A stretch of DNA of 64,000 nt from Candidatus Bathyarchaeota archaeon (GCA_963771885.1 CAVYVF010000022.1:128001-192000); one strand, 5' to 3'. Positions 42,601-53,600 are shown, numbered from the stretch's first letter. Numbers and translations are program-made. Notes: generated from the sequence alone by a model not told the origin.

Positions 42601-42760
42601 TTCCCTCATGCCTTTATGCTATTCGTCGCAGGTGAATGAGAGGTAACAGAACAAAAATAGGACTATCTTATGGTTGTTTCGCTTAGTCCCTTTTTTCGAT
42701 AGTCCCCACTAATGATTAATATCCCAAGGTTCCCTTGTCTCATTCAGAAGGTTGTGAAGA

Positions 42761-43738
42761 ATGGCTGTAAAGACAACGCCCGAGTATATCGATCTACTCA
42801 ACCATGCGATTGAGAGGGAGATACAGGTAAGCATCCAATACCTCCTCCAGCACGCCAAGATGGAAAAGTTGATAATGAAAAAGATCCCGGAGAACATCCT
42901 CCTCGAGAAGACGACCTACGAGGCCGTGGGAAAGTTCCTCCGCGAGTTCGGAATAGTGGAGATGAAGCACGCCGCCGCTCTGATGGAGAGAATCTACTAC
43001 CTCGGCGGCGAGGCGACGACGAAAGCGAAGAAGCCAACCATCGGCGACTCGCTTAGTCAGTTCGCGAAGCTCGGCGTAGGCGCTGAGGAGGAGGCACTAA
43101 TCCTGTACCGGAAGATCATAGACGAGTCACGCAGGATGGGCGACTATGAGACCCACGACCTCGTCGAGAAGATATATGGGGACGAGGAGAAGCATCTCTT
43201 CAAGTTCCAGGAGTACACGGGCTTCCAGGACGAAGAGCAGAAGGAGAGCATTGAGCTCTCCCCGTGGCGCAAGATATTCACCGAGGACTACTACGCTCTG
43301 CTGAACAAGGCGGTCGCAAGTGAGATCATGGCGATACTCCAGTACACGAACCAGCATGAGAAGGCGGCTCTCCTCAGCCTGCGCATGAAGGAGACGCCTC
43401 TTGAGGTCATCGCCGAGAAGAACAAGACAAAGGCGGTCAGCGAGCTCCTCAAGCCCATTTTTATGCAGGAGATGGACCACCTCGAGAAGATTGCGGAGAG
43501 ACTCTACCTAATCGAGGGCGAAGCCGTCGTCATGCCCAACCCGTTCCCCGTCGTAGGCGCTAATGCGGACGAGTTCCTTCTCCTCGACCACCAAGCGGAG
43601 AACGACGCCATCGTCCTATACAGACACATCATCGACGAGGCTATGAAGAAGGGTGACACCACTACGAGGCGCCTATTCGAGGAGATTGTCCTACAAGAAG
43701 AGCAGCACTACTGGACGTTTGACGACTACGTCCGGTAA
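42761..43738 (+). CDS. Tandem two-domain bacterioferritin-like protein
   Basis: Two repeats each with E..QY..QH, EMxH..ER, E..A..LY, EExH. Confidence 0.85.
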   Translation: MAVKTTPEYIDLLNHAIEREIQVSIQYLLQHAKMEKLIMKKIPENILLEKTTYEAVGKFLREFGIVEMKHAAALMERIYYLGGEATTKAKKPTIGDSLSQFAKLGVGAEEEALILYRKIIDESRRMGDYETHDLVEKIYGDEEKHLFKFQEYTGFQDEEQKESIELSPWRKIFTEDYYALLNKAVASEIMAILQYTNQHEKAALLSLRMKETPLEVIAEKNKTKAVSELLKPIFMQEMDHLEKIAERLYLIEGEAVVMPNPFPVVGANADEFLLLDHQAENDAIVLYRHIIDEAMKKGDTTTRRLFEEIVLQEEQHYWTFDDYVR

Positions 43739-43917
43739 TCGTCATCATCTATATGATAGATTTTTTTTAGTGGCAGTATTGATTTGAGTGATAAGAAAAC
43801 ATGCGAACGTGTATAACTCCCTCATAATCGAAGAGAAGCTCCTCAGATTTCTAGTCGACCAGTTCGGGTCCTTGCTCTATGGGTCGATGCCCTAGACGGT
43901 GGCCGCCGTGAGAGGCT

Positions 43918-44331
43918 CTATGCGCCGAGGTTACGCCGCAACAGCGCCTCAAGGCCCTGTCGTCCTACGGCGCCGAGCACCTGATCTGCCGCCCTTCCAC
44001 CCCTGAAGAGGATGAAGAGTGGTATACTCATGACCCTGAATCTGGTTGATACTGCCTTATTCTGGTCCGTGTTGATTTTGGCGAAGTATGCCTTTCCCGA
44101 GTAATCCCTGGCGAGTGCCTCGGTTATCGGCGCCATCATCCTACATGGCCCGCACCAGTCTGCCCAGAAGTCGACAAGCAGGGGTAACCCAGTCGACGCT
44201 AATGCCTGATCGAAGTTGGTGTCTGTTAGGATGTTAACAACGCCATCCTGGAGCATGCTTGGCTTCGGAGGAGCCATCATCCTCTCAAGCATCCGTCGCT
44301 TTATCTCATCGAGTTCCTTGTCCTCTGACAT
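43918..44331 (-). CDS. trxA: Thioredoxin
   Basis: DFWADWCGPC. Confidence 0.92.
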   Translation of the reverse strand: MSEDKELDEIKRRMLERMMAPPKPSMLQDGVVNILTDTNFDQALASTGLPLLVDFWADWCGPCRMMAPITEALARDYSGKAYFAKINTDQNKAVSTRFRVMSIPLFILFRGGRAADQVLGAVGRQGLEALLRRNLGA

Positions 44332-44397
44332 TTAAGGTGACTCAGGCACCGCATAATAAAAGGAGTGCCCGGAAAAAAGGCCGGATTCGGGGTCTCG

Positions 44398-44865
44398 CTA
44401 CTTCTTGAGGAAGTTTGGGTTTGTGGAGTCGTACTTGTCGGCGTCCTCTGGGCTCTTCGAAATATCCTTGAGCCACTTGTCAGCGGCGTCGCGCTTCCAG
44501 TCGCCAGCCTTCGCGTGCATTTTCACATAGTTCGCGGGCATGGGGTGCGTACCGACTTTGACGGGAAGCCCGACGACGTTCTCGATGTACTTCTTGTGGT
44601 CTTCGATGTATGGACAGATTGGGTAGCCGGCAAGGTAGCAGCTGGCAAGGTAGATGACCTCAGCGCCATACTTCTTCATGTCAGCGGGGGCCGCTTCTAG
44701 GCGCTCCCCAGGGCAACCGCCGCACGCCATCCAACCAACGACCTCGATGGGCTCGCTCTTCGGGTAGTCCGCGAAGACGCCGTCCCTCTCGATGATGCTC
44801 TTGAAGCACTTATTGCCCGTGCAGGTTCGGTTCCGGTCACAGATCATTATACCGACTTTTACCAT
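44398..44865 (-). CDS. CGGC domain protein
   Basis: CTGNKC, ACGGCPG, ASC, CP, GTH. Confidence 0.85.
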   Translation of the reverse strand: MVKVGIMICDRNRTCTGNKCFKSIIERDGVFADYPKSEPIEVVGWMACGGCPGERLEAAPADMKKYGAEVIYLASCYLAGYPICPYIEDHKKYIENVVGLPVKVGTHPMPANYVKMHAKAGDWKRDAADKWLKDISKSPEDADKYDSTNPNFLKK

Positions 44866-44899
44866 GCCTCATACACTCGGTGAGGTTAGAGATAATTGT

Positions 44900-45229
44900 T
44901 TACTCAGAGGCCTCGATGCCCCTCTTTATACGGGTTAACAGCTCAGTGGAAGGGGAGGCGTAAGGGCTTATCCACCGCTCATAGACCTCCCTTATTGGGG
45001 CAACGTTGAGGTAGTTCCAGCGGCGGCGCCCATCTCTCTTCGCTATGACAAGCTCCGCCTTCTCCAGGACACCGAGGTGCTGCATCACCGTACAGCGGTC
45101 GAGGTCGGGGAAATGTCCGATTAGGTCACCTGTAGTGAGCGGCTTCTCCTTCAGCATGTCGAGTATCTCGCGTCTCGTACCCTCGGCGAGCGCCTTAAAT
45201 ACCCGCTCTTGCCTCGCTCCCTCAGACAT
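44900..45229 (-). CDS. ArsR family regulator
   Basis: VFKALAEGTRREILD, QHLGVLEKAELV. Confidence 0.88.
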   Translation of the reverse strand: MSEGARQERVFKALAEGTRREILDMLKEKPLTTGDLIGHFPDLDRCTVMQHLGVLEKAELVIAKRDGRRRWNYLNVAPIREVYERWISPYASPSTELLTRIKRGIEASE

Positions 45230-45234
45230 CACAG

Positions 45235-45260
45235 TATATGTTACAATAGTATAACGTATA
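45235..45260. promoter_or_regulatory. Palindromic operator between the divergent ArsR and SRPBCC genes
   Basis: TATATGTTA-N8-TAACGTATA, one mismatch. Confidence 0.55.
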
Positions 45261-45298
45261 TATTGCTGTCCCCAACAAATCACCCAGAGGAGTCCGAG

Positions 45299-45787
45299 AT
45301 GAAGCTTAAGTTCCAGGTCCAGGCCAAAATACAGAAACCCCTAGCCGAGGTATTCGACGCCGTCTACAACCCAAAGAAGCTGAGTGCATACTTCACATCA
45401 GGGGGCTCAGACGGTCCACTCGACGAGGGACGCACCGTCCTATGGACCTTCGCTGACATGGCGGGGCAGAGCGAGACCGTCCCCGTCAGGGTCGAGAAAA
45501 TGATCCGGAACAAGCTCATCAGGTTCATGTGGGCCGCGAGCGAGGGCATCTACGCCCCTGAGGAAGGCAAAATGCCACACCCCGGCGGCTATGACACCAC
45601 AGTTGATATCACATTCGAGGCCCTCGGCAAGAAGGAGACACTCGTCAAAATTATTGAGGGCGAGTGGCATCCAACAGAGGACGGTCTGCAGGGTAGTTAT
45701 CAGAACTGCCAGGGCTGGACGAACATGAGCTGCTGCCTCAAAGCCTACCTTGAATACGACATCAACTTGAGAAAGGGGTTCTTCTGA
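45299..45787 (+). CDS. SRPBCC/AHSA1 domain protein
   Basis: IQKPLAEVFDAV..P..L..YF, TLVKIIEGEW, GWTNM.CCLKAYLE. Confidence 0.85.
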   Translation: MKLKFQVQAKIQKPLAEVFDAVYNPKKLSAYFTSGGSDGPLDEGRTVLWTFADMAGQSETVPVRVEKMIRNKLIRFMWAASEGIYAPEEGKMPHPGGYDTTVDITFEALGKKETLVKIIEGEWHPTEDGLQGSYQNCQGWTNMSCCLKAYLEYDINLRKGFF

Positions 45788-46446
45788 TGAAGAGGGACCG
45801 CTACTACTCCGAGAAGGAGCTACGGAGCATCGCAGCCGACCTCACCTCCGCCGAGGCCATCCCCGTAAACGTCGAGATAGAAGCGGAGCATCGCGTCCTC
45901 GACCTTAGCGAGGTGGAGAAGATCCTCAAACACTCGGAGAATATTTTCCTCCAAGACTGTGGATGCCGTTCACAGTTCCATAACTGCGACGCTCCCCTCG
46001 ACACATGCCTCGTAGTGAATGTCGGCGCCGACTACGCCGAGAAGTGGCCTAATAACCACTCAAAAAGGGTTGACGTCGATGAGGCGCTCAGAGCGCTGCG
46101 TCGGAGCCATGAGGCTGGGCTCGTTCACATGGCTTACGTTTCCAAGGGGGATGAGGAGCCTCAGCTCATCTGCAGCTGCTGCACATGCTGTTGTCACACC
46201 CTCGGGGGAATAGTCGATCACGGTATCACTACGCAGGTGCTCACCTCAAAGCTCATTGCACAGGACGATGAGGCGAAATGCGTCGGTTGCGGGAAGTGTG
46301 TGGAAAGGTGCTTACTCGGGGCGAGGAAGATGACCGGAGGTAAGATGGATTATGACGCCTCCAAATGTCTCGGCTGCGGCCTTTGTATAACCACCTGCCA
46401 AAAGGGCGCGATTAAACTCGTGGACCGGAAGAAGATCTTAGATTAG
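45787..46446 (+). CDS. 4Fe-4S dicluster domain protein
   Basis: CGCR, ICSCCTCCC, CVGCGKCVERC, CLGCGLCITTC. Confidence 0.85.
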   Translation: MKRDRYYSEKELRSIAADLTSAEAIPVNVEIEAEHRVLDLSEVEKILKHSENIFLQDCGCRSQFHNCDAPLDTCLVVNVGADYAEKWPNNHSKRVDVDEALRALRRSHEAGLVHMAYVSKGDEEPQLICSCCTCCCHTLGGIVDHGITTQVLTSKLIAQDDEAKCVGCGKCVERCLLGARKMTGGKMDYDASKCLGCGLCITTCQKGAIKLVDRKKILD

Positions 46447-47430
46447 TTTGCCGCAGTGGAAGGTCCAGTCCCCAGGGTAGACTGTGGGCTGGTACCTCGT
46501 ATCAAAAATGACCGACCGGTATGGCGCCCTGCACTCCTCGATTACTCTCCCCGCCGTGTCCTTCAAGACGCCGAGAAGTCTGCCCTCATCGACGACAGCT
46601 CCCAGCTCACACGTATTGTACATGACACCGCCGTGCTGCGTCTTCGGCCAGCTGCTTCCGTCACTCACGAGCTGATCCGAGTCTAAACCTACCGGCTCCT
46701 CGTTCAGCATCCCAAGGCCAATCATGGCGTTCTTCACACCCTGTACGCCAGTCTGGACAAGGTTCTCCCAGAGGCGTCCTCCACCGCCCAATTCGGGGCT
46801 GAGTGTCGGTATCCCCGCGAGCCCGGCCTGTATACTCAGGCTCCCCATCATGCTGGGGCGCGTATTGATACCGCCGAGGACTGGGACACCCTGCCCGAAG
46901 AAACGGTAGAGCCTCCTATTGTGCTCCCCGACGAGCCTTTCCGTCTCCGGCGTACCCCTCGAGTGTATGTACCTCGCCATGAAGCCCCGCCCGCCCTCGT
47001 GAAGGTCCACGACCAACTCTGAGTCCTTAATGGCTTGATCCCAGATCTGGGCGGCTATCCTCTCCATGAGTAACCCTTTCGGGTCTCCCGGCCAGACCCG
47101 GTTCATGTTGAGGTTCTCGTAACCCATCGGGGGAGGGGAGGCGCGCTCTGCAGCGTTGAACGCGAGTGGGTTGGAGACGGGGATAGATATTAGCGATCCC
47201 TTGAACTGCTTCACGTCTACGCTGTCGAAGACCCTATTGCTAATTTCCATGCCGCCGTACTCGTCGCCGTGCTGCAGGCCGAGCATGGCCATCCGTGGCC
47301 CATCGCGACTCCCGACAGCGACCCTGATCGTCAGCCCAATCGGCGTGCCGTCTGCGTACTCCCCAACCTTGACGGAAAAGGTCTCAGATTGCCCACGCTT
47401 GATCCTGTGCCTAAAGACGCTCAGCGACAT
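46438..47430 (-). CDS. Succinylglutamate desuccinylase/aspartoacylase family protein
   Basis: HGDE, NMNRVWPG, DLHEG, ELGGG. Confidence 0.88.
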   Translation of the reverse strand: MSLSVFRHRIKRGQSETFSVKVGEYADGTPIGLTIRVAVGSRDGPRMAMLGLQHGDEYGGMEISNRVFDSVDVKQFKGSLISIPVSNPLAFNAAERASPPPMGYENLNMNRVWPGDPKGLLMERIAAQIWDQAIKDSELVVDLHEGGRGFMARYIHSRGTPETERLVGEHNRRLYRFFGQGVPVLGGINTRPSMMGSLSIQAGLAGIPTLSPELGGGGRLWENLVQTGVQGVKNAMIGLGMLNEEPVGLDSDQLVSDGSSWPKTQHGGVMYNTCELGAVVDEGRLLGVLKDTAGRVIEECRAPYRSVIFDTRYQPTVYPGDWTFHCGKLI

Positions 47431-47501
47431 ACATATTCAGCTTGGCGGTGAGCCGTTAAAACCTCGACGCCCTTAATAGTTGATTCAGCGGGGTCTCAGC
47501 C

Positions 47502-48032
47502 ATGGGGATATGGAGGCGCGTCGCCGAGCTCATGGAGTCGCAGAAGGCGGCGAGGCCCGAGATGAGGGCTAGGGACGCCTACAAACTTCTCTACCAGGGC
47601 GTCTTCGGCGTCGGCCACATAATGGGTCCCGGAGCGTGGGACTATCTCCAGAGCGAGGCAACTGCACTGGACATAAAGGATCACTCTGCAGACCCGATTA
47701 TCGAGGAAGTAGCTCTCGACGGCTCCGTTGTCAGGGTAAACCTCCGCCCCTTTCTCCGCGAGGGCTACTCTCTTATCAAACTCATGGAGGCGATGAGGCT
47801 ATCCGACATCGCAGGGAGCCCCGCCGCATTCCTCGAGGCCTGGAACGCATTCGCCGAACTCGTCTGGTCAGGTCAGCTCGACTTCGAGCATAACGAGGTC
47901 GACACTATCAACAAGGTGTTGGACAGGGCAAAGCCTCAGCCAATGCACCACACCCAGCAATATCGAGATGCCTACTACCCTGCCTATAGGGTCGTCCGTA
48001 GGCGCGAGATCCTCTGGATCATCGGCATCTAG
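47502..48032 (+). CDS. Conserved hypothetical protein
   Basis: DAYKLLYQGVFGVGH, VRVNLRP, HHTQQYRDAYYPAYRVV. Confidence 0.7.
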   Translation: MGIWRRVAELMESQKAARPEMRARDAYKLLYQGVFGVGHIMGPGAWDYLQSEATALDIKDHSADPIIEEVALDGSVVRVNLRPFLREGYSLIKLMEAMRLSDIAGSPAAFLEAWNAFAELVWSGQLDFEHNEVDTINKVLDRAKPQPMHHTQQYRDAYYPAYRVVRRREILWIIGI

Positions 48033-48069
48033 CAGGTCTATTATAGAACCAGGGATTCAATTATTCCTC

Positions 48070-49509
48070 ATGAGCCTTGAAAAGACGAAGAAGGATGCCC
48101 TCGACTGGATTGAGAGTAATAGGGAGAGCGTCGTCAAGGTCAGCGACGAGGTCTGGGACTACTCAGAGCTCGGCTTTATAGAATATAGATCGGCGAAGCT
48201 CCTCTCCGACACGCTGGAGCGGCATGGATTCAGGGTTGAGCGGGGCGTTGCGGGTATCCCAACAGCCTTCGTCGCGTCGTGGGGTTTAGGTGGCCCCGTC
48301 GTGGGTGTGATGGGGGAGTACGACGCCCTAATGGGGGTCTCACAGAAGAAGGCCCCCACTCGTGACCCGATAGTCGTCGGTGGGAACGGCCACGGCTGCG
48401 GCCACAACATCCATGGCGCATCAGGCATGGCGGGGGCGATCGCCGCTCGTTACTCGATGGAGAGGAACGGCGTTAAGGGAACTATCAGGTTCTTCGGCAC
48501 TCCCGCCGAGGAGAGCGGCAGCGGTAAAGTCTGGATGGTCCGATCAGGAATATTTGACGGTGTCGACGCCGTGCTGAGCCACCATCCGGGCGCCATGAAC
48601 TACGGCGGACTCGGCAGTAGCCTCGCAAACAACAGCGTCAAGTTCCACTTCTACGGGAAGACGAGCCACGCGGCGGGGAGCCCTGAGCAGGGAAGGAGCG
48701 CCTTAGACGCCGTTGAGCTGATGAATGTCGGCGTCAACTTCCTCCGCGAGCACGTTGTCCAAGATGCTCGCATGCACTACGTTATCGAGTCCGGCGGTGG
48801 ACAGCCAAACGTCGTACCCGACTACGCCCGCAGCTGGTATCTGATCCGCGCCCCGGAGCGGGATCAGGTTGACTCCATTTACGCACGAGTCCTCAAGATA
48901 GCAGAAGGTGCCACGCTCATGACCGAAACCACCCTAAAGGTCGAGTTCCTCAAGGCGGTCTACAACAAGATCCCCAGCAAGGCGCTTAGCGAGCTCATCG
49001 CCGATAATATGCGACTTATCGGAACCCCAAAGTACACGCCTGAGGAGACGCAATTCGCCGAGGAGCTCTCCCGCAACGTCCCAACGGAGCAGAAGAGGGA
49101 CGCCCTCAGGAAGTCGAAGCGCCCCGGTTGGGAGAAGTTGGAGGGCGTAGTGATGGACGGCAGCGTCCCCGACGCGTGGGACGAAGGGGAGGTCAGCCAC
49201 GGTTCCACCGACGTCAGTGACGTGAGTTGGAAGGCGCCGACGATGGAGTTCTCGACGGCGACCTGGCCACTCGGTACCCCGGGGCACAGCTGGATGAACG
49301 TCGCCGCATCGGGAACGGGCATCGGCCACAAGAGTCTCATATTCGCCTCTAAGATCATCGCCACCTCAGTGATTGACCTAGTATCGAAGCCTGAGTTGCT
49401 CGCTAAGGCTAAGGAGGAGCAGGTCAGAAGGACAATGGGTAAGACTTACAGGAGCCCGCTTCCCGCCGACGCCCAGCCACCCCTCAACATGTGGGGAAAG
49501 ACTAGCTGA
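48070..49509 (+). CDS. M20 amidohydrolase, AbgB-like
   Basis: EYDAL, GHGCGHN, PAEE, HAAGSPEQGRSALDA, GSTDVSDVSW. Confidence 0.9.
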   Translation: MSLEKTKKDALDWIESNRESVVKVSDEVWDYSELGFIEYRSAKLLSDTLERHGFRVERGVAGIPTAFVASWGLGGPVVGVMGEYDALMGVSQKKAPTRDPIVVGGNGHGCGHNIHGASGMAGAIAARYSMERNGVKGTIRFFGTPAEESGSGKVWMVRSGIFDGVDAVLSHHPGAMNYGGLGSSLANNSVKFHFYGKTSHAAGSPEQGRSALDAVELMNVGVNFLREHVVQDARMHYVIESGGGQPNVVPDYARSWYLIRAPERDQVDSIYARVLKIAEGATLMTETTLKVEFLKAVYNKIPSKALSELIADNMRLIGTPKYTPEETQFAEELSRNVPTEQKRDALRKSKRPGWEKLEGVVMDGSVPDAWDEGEVSHGSTDVSDVSWKAPTMEFSTATWPLGTPGHSWMNVAASGTGIGHKSLIFASKIIATSVIDLVSKPELLAKAKEEQVRRTMGKTYRSPLPADAQPPLNMWGKTS

Positions 49510-49526
49510 GAAGCGAGATCCGATAA

Positions 49527-50165
49527 CTACGGCTTGTAAATTTCGCCGGTTTTAAGAATAACGACCTTCGTGGCGCCGCCTGCCTCGACCTTCTTCTTGA
49601 AGACATTTGGGTCGGTGTCCCAGATGTGCATGGGCAGGGCGACCTTCGGCTTGATGGCGAGGGCAAGCTCTGCAGCCTCGTCATTGTCCATTGTGTAGGT
49701 GCCGCCGGTGGCGATGAGCATCACATCGATGCCCTTGAGCATCCTTATCTCGGGGACAGCCTCGGTATCGCCGGTGTGGTAAACGGTCTTCCCCTCGACA
49801 CGGATGAGGTAGCCAACTCCGAAGCCCTTGGGGTGGAAGGGGACACCGGGGCTCCTCATCCTCACTGCATTATAGGCCTCGACTGCCTCAACTTCGACGT
49901 CACCGATCTTGATCTTGTCGCCGGGCTTGAGGCTGGTTGGCTTGATGCCGACCTTGGCGCAGTCGGAAGGAGCAATGAAGATCGTCCCGGGTCCGACGGC
50001 CTGCTTGACCTTGTCCTCCTTGCAGTGGTCCTGGTGAGAGTGGCTGCAAATTACTATGTTCCCCTTCTCCGGATATTCGCCCTCGTAGGGGTCGATATAG
50101 ATCGTCTTACCCGCACTCTTGAGCATCCAACTCGCGTGGCCCAGCCATTTAATCTCCAATAGCAT
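49527..50165 (-). CDS. MBL-fold metallo-hydrolase
   Basis: WLGHAS, IDPY, SHSHQDH, YHTGDT, PMH. Confidence 0.9.
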   Translation of the reverse strand: MLLEIKWLGHASWMLKSAGKTIYIDPYEGEYPEKGNIVICSHSHQDHCKEDKVKQAVGPGTIFIAPSDCAKVGIKPTSLKPGDKIKIGDVEVEAVEAYNAVRMRSPGVPFHPKGFGVGYLIRVEGKTVYHTGDTEAVPEIRMLKGIDVMLIATGGTYTMDNDEAAELALAIKPKVALPMHIWDTDPNVFKKKVEAGGATKVVILKTGEIYKP

Positions 50166-50196
50166 TCACGTGGTGTTGGTCGTTATAGAGGTTTAT

Positions 50197-51409
50197 CTAA
50201 CTTGCCGTGGCTGGCTTTGACTCCCTGATGCCCAGGAAGGCGAATCCAATCGTGAATCGGAGGAAGGCGGTGAATAGGAGGGCCATGCTGATGGCAGAGT
50301 AGTCGGTGGAAGCTATGAAGCCTTTTGTCACCATCCCCATGATGTAGGAGCCTAAGAAGTTTGAGACGCCCATCGCCGTCATGCTGGCCGCGAGGTAGGT
50401 CGCCCTGAGCCTCGGCGGTGCGATGTCGATTATGTACGTCGACTGGCTGCAGGCCCAGGCAGCGAGCTCGATGCCGACGAAGGCCTCGACGGCGACTATC
50501 TGCCACCAGTCGGTGGCGAGGGCGTAGACGACTGTGGAGGCGGCCATGCCGACGCGGCTGAAGACGATGACGGGGCGTCTTCCCACCTTGTCGATGATCC
50601 TCCCGAAGACCCTCTGACTGACAACGCTGAGGGCGAGGTTGGCCGCCGCGGTGGCTGCTATCTGCCATACACTCATCCTCAGCTTGCCGACGGTGATGAA
50701 GGAGAAGAAGGGGGAGGCGGTTGCGGCGCCGAAGCCGAAGACGAAGCTGACTATGAGGAACTTCCGTCAGGTCATGGTCGGCGAGGAGGGAGGCGAATTC
50801 GAGTTTACGTCTACCCGCCGTTTTTGGTGCCCTCTCCTCGGTTAGGGAGATGAAGAAGGCGGAGGTGAAGCTGGAGACAGATGCAAGGATGAGAAGCGGT
50901 GTGAAGGAGGCCATGCTCATAGGCCCAGTCTGGGTGAGTGTGATGAGGAGGGCCATCATCATCGCGGCGAAGCCCCCGATCTGGGCGACGCTGTTGATCC
51001 TTCCAATGATGGTCCCCCTTCGCAGCTCTCCCGCGTAGTCGCCGACGAGGCTTCCCCAGGCGGGCTGCGCCATCGCTATCGAGACGCTGACGGCGACGAC
51101 CATGGCGAGCAGCCAGAAGGGGGTGTTAACGAATGCTAGCGCCGCGAAGGTGATACCGCAGAGGACGCGTCCCGCGATGATAAGTCGCCTCTTCCCGATC
51201 TGGTCGGCGAGCCCCCCGAAGAATACTTGCGGGAGGGTGAGTGCTAGCTGTCTACCGCCGTTTATGAGCCCCGACTCGGCAACGTTCGACCCGACGGCGA
51301 CCGCCATCGTGCTCGTGAACCTGTCGATAATGGTGTCAGGAACTGACTGGCTCGCGCCGGCGAGGTAGAGCGCCTTGGACTCTTTGAGGTGCTCCTCGTC
51401 GGCTCCCAT
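50197..51409 (-). pseudogene. MFS transporter with one frameshift near 50765 (possibly a sequencing error)
   Basis: GGLADQIGKRR in the N-half, GRIIDKVGRRP in the C-half; paralogue of the adjacent MFS. Confidence 0.8.
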
Positions 51410-51443
51410 GGCTCCATGGGTGTGAGCTATAGGTTATTTGAAG

Positions 51444-52655
51444 CTATGGTTGCCTCTTCGGCCTGGACTCGTAGGCGGTGACGAAGGCGAAGCCGAGGGT
51501 GAACCTGAGCACGGCGGAGATGAGAAGCCCCGTGGTGATCGCCTCCAAGCCACCGCTTGAGAGCACGTGCTCGGTGACGTAGCTACCGAGGAGGCTACCT
51601 GCGAAGCTGGCAAGGCCAAAGGCGGTGGCGCTAGCGGCGAGGTATGTGGCGCGCAGTTCCCCCGGTGCGAGGTCGATGGCGTATGTACTCTCCGAGCTCA
51701 TCCACGCCCCCATGCCCATGCCCAGGAACACCTCGGCGACAACTATGTGGAGCCAACTAGTCGCCAGTGCGTATGAGAGCGGTGCGAGGGCCATTATCAT
51801 CCGGCTGAAGACGATGACCGGTCTTCTCCCCGTACCGTCCATGAATCTCCCCGCGAACCTCTGCGTCATGAGGTTCGCCGCGGTCTCCGTGATCGCTAGT
51901 ATAGCGACCTGCCAGACGGGCATACCCAGCTTCTCAGTTATTATAAAAGGGAACAGGGGCCAGGCGAATGCCATCCCGATGCCATAGGACGTGTTGAGCA
52001 GGAGATACCTCCGAAGCCTGATGTCGCCGATGAGCTTAGAAAAGTCGAGTGTCTTGCTAACCTGAGCGTGATGCTTCTCTTTTGTGAAAAGCACGAGGAC
52101 GCTCGAAAGGAAGCTGGCGCCTGAGGCCATAGCCATAACGGGGAGGTAGCTGGCACGCGTGCTTGGTCCGTCCTGGGACAAGGAGATCGCGAGTGCTATG
52201 AGCATCGCCGATAGTCCGCCGATCTGCGCCAGTGAGTTTATGCGCCCGATTACCTCCCCACGCCTACCCTCAGGTGCGTAGTCGCCGAGAAGGCTGTTCC
52301 ACGAAGGGAGCGCCATCGAGACGAAGATAGAACACAGTACTATGAGGGGTATCAGCCACTCGGGAGCCTCGATGAAGATCACGGCAGCGAGGATAACGCC
52401 GTTAAGGAACCTTCCGACCGCTATAAACCGTCTCTTCCCATACCTGTCCGCCATCCTCCCGAAGAGTATCTGGAAGAGGTTGCTCGCGACGCTCTTCACG
52501 GCGTTAAGGACGCCGAGTTGGTCTACAGTGGCTCCAACGGCTATAGCGAGGAGCTGTATGAAGCGGTTGTAGAGCTGGTCGGCGAAGACCTGGAAGCCCC
52601 CCGTCAAGACGAGCGGCTTCGATATCTTGAGCGGCTCCTCACCGGCCTCCGTCAT
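51444..52655 (-). CDS. MFS transporter
   Basis: GRMADRYGKRR, GRFMDGTGRRP; multi-TM pattern. Confidence 0.9.
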   Translation of the reverse strand: MTEAGEEPLKISKPLVLTGGFQVFADQLYNRFIQLLAIAVGATVDQLGVLNAVKSVASNLFQILFGRMADRYGKRRFIAVGRFLNGVILAAVIFIEAPEWLIPLIVLCSIFVSMALPSWNSLLGDYAPEGRRGEVIGRINSLAQIGGLSAMLIALAISLSQDGPSTRASYLPVMAMASGASFLSSVLVLFTKEKHHAQVSKTLDFSKLIGDIRLRRYLLLNTSYGIGMAFAWPLFPFIITEKLGMPVWQVAILAITETAANLMTQRFAGRFMDGTGRRPVIVFSRMIMALAPLSYALATSWLHIVVAEVFLGMGMGAWMSSESTYAIDLAPGELRATYLAASATAFGLASFAGSLLGSYVTEHVLSSGGLEAITTGLLISAVLRFTLGFAFVTAYESRPKRQP

Positions 52656-52741
52656 GGGCACTCTGTCTCCGGTCGGGGCTATAAACACAGACGGCTCTGG
52701 GTATAGCTTTTAAAGAGGACTCGTTTCTAGTTAGAGGCGTC

Positions 52742-52826
52742 GCAGGGGTTCCCGAGTGGCCAAAGGGGTCAGGCTTAGGACCTGATGGTTAGTCCTCCGT
52801 GGGTTCGAACCCCACCCCCTGCACCA
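52742..52826 (+). tRNA. tRNA-Leu(TAG), intronless, CCA encoded
   Basis: Acceptor GCAGGGG/CCCCTGC, anticodon arm TCAGG-CTTAGGA-CCTGA, long variable arm, GGTTCGAAC T-loop. Confidence 0.95.
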
Positions 52827-53188
52827 TTTCCCTTTACACCCCATTAGTTAACAATTGTTTAGTGGTTGAATAGGTTGAGTGTGATTCTTGTTGGGGGGGA
52901 TTACGCGCGGGCTTCAGTTATTTTAACAGACGAAAGGATCGTTTTCACTCGCGCTCCTGCTTATGCCCCGAACCTATAATAACCACGCACCCACAGATTA
53001 TGAAAGAGTGAAATAAAAGTATGCCAACGAAAAGAATGACGAAGAAGAAGGATCACAATAGAAAACCTCATAAAAAGGAGTTGAAGGGAGATAGACTTCG
53101 ACACACACCCAAAAAGGTCGAAGATGCCCCAATTACAGCTTAATTCTATTAAGGATCAAATGACGCCAAGCGCGCGCAATTGGCCACA

Positions 53189-53527
53189 TCAACCAGACTC
53201 GTCCCAGATATAATCCCGAATATCAACCTCATTCTTCCGAGTCCAATTCTCGAGAACAAATTGTTTCCTCATCACCTTCCCGAGAGGATCCCAGATAATA
53301 AAACCCCCAGCCTCAGGCGAATAGGCTCGAATAATCTTCTGCTCCTCAACAACCCCCGTGTATCTATTCATCCTATACCGCTTATCAGGAGAGTAAGCGA
53401 ATATTTTATGCCAAACTATCAATAAGATGAGTACTCCTGCTAAGATGAGTAAGGCGAAATCGATTATTACATCGATAGTTGTGAGAGGATAACCCACTTG
53501 AAAATACACGAGTTTGGCGTTGCACAA
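53189..53527 (-). CDS. Small membrane protein (hypothetical)
   Basis: One TM helix; in the AT-rich islet after the tRNA. Confidence 0.45.
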   Translation of the reverse strand: MCNAKLVYFQVGYPLTTIDVIIDFALLILAGVLILLIVWHKIFAYSPDKRYRMNRYTGVVEEQKIIRAYSPEAGGFIIWDPLGKVMRKQFVLENWTRKNEVDIRDYIWDESG

Positions 53528-53600
53528 CTCCTGAACACGAGGACCGCGTTTGGTATATATTACAATCAGGTGTAAGTGAGGATAAGATTTTTTATACGTT

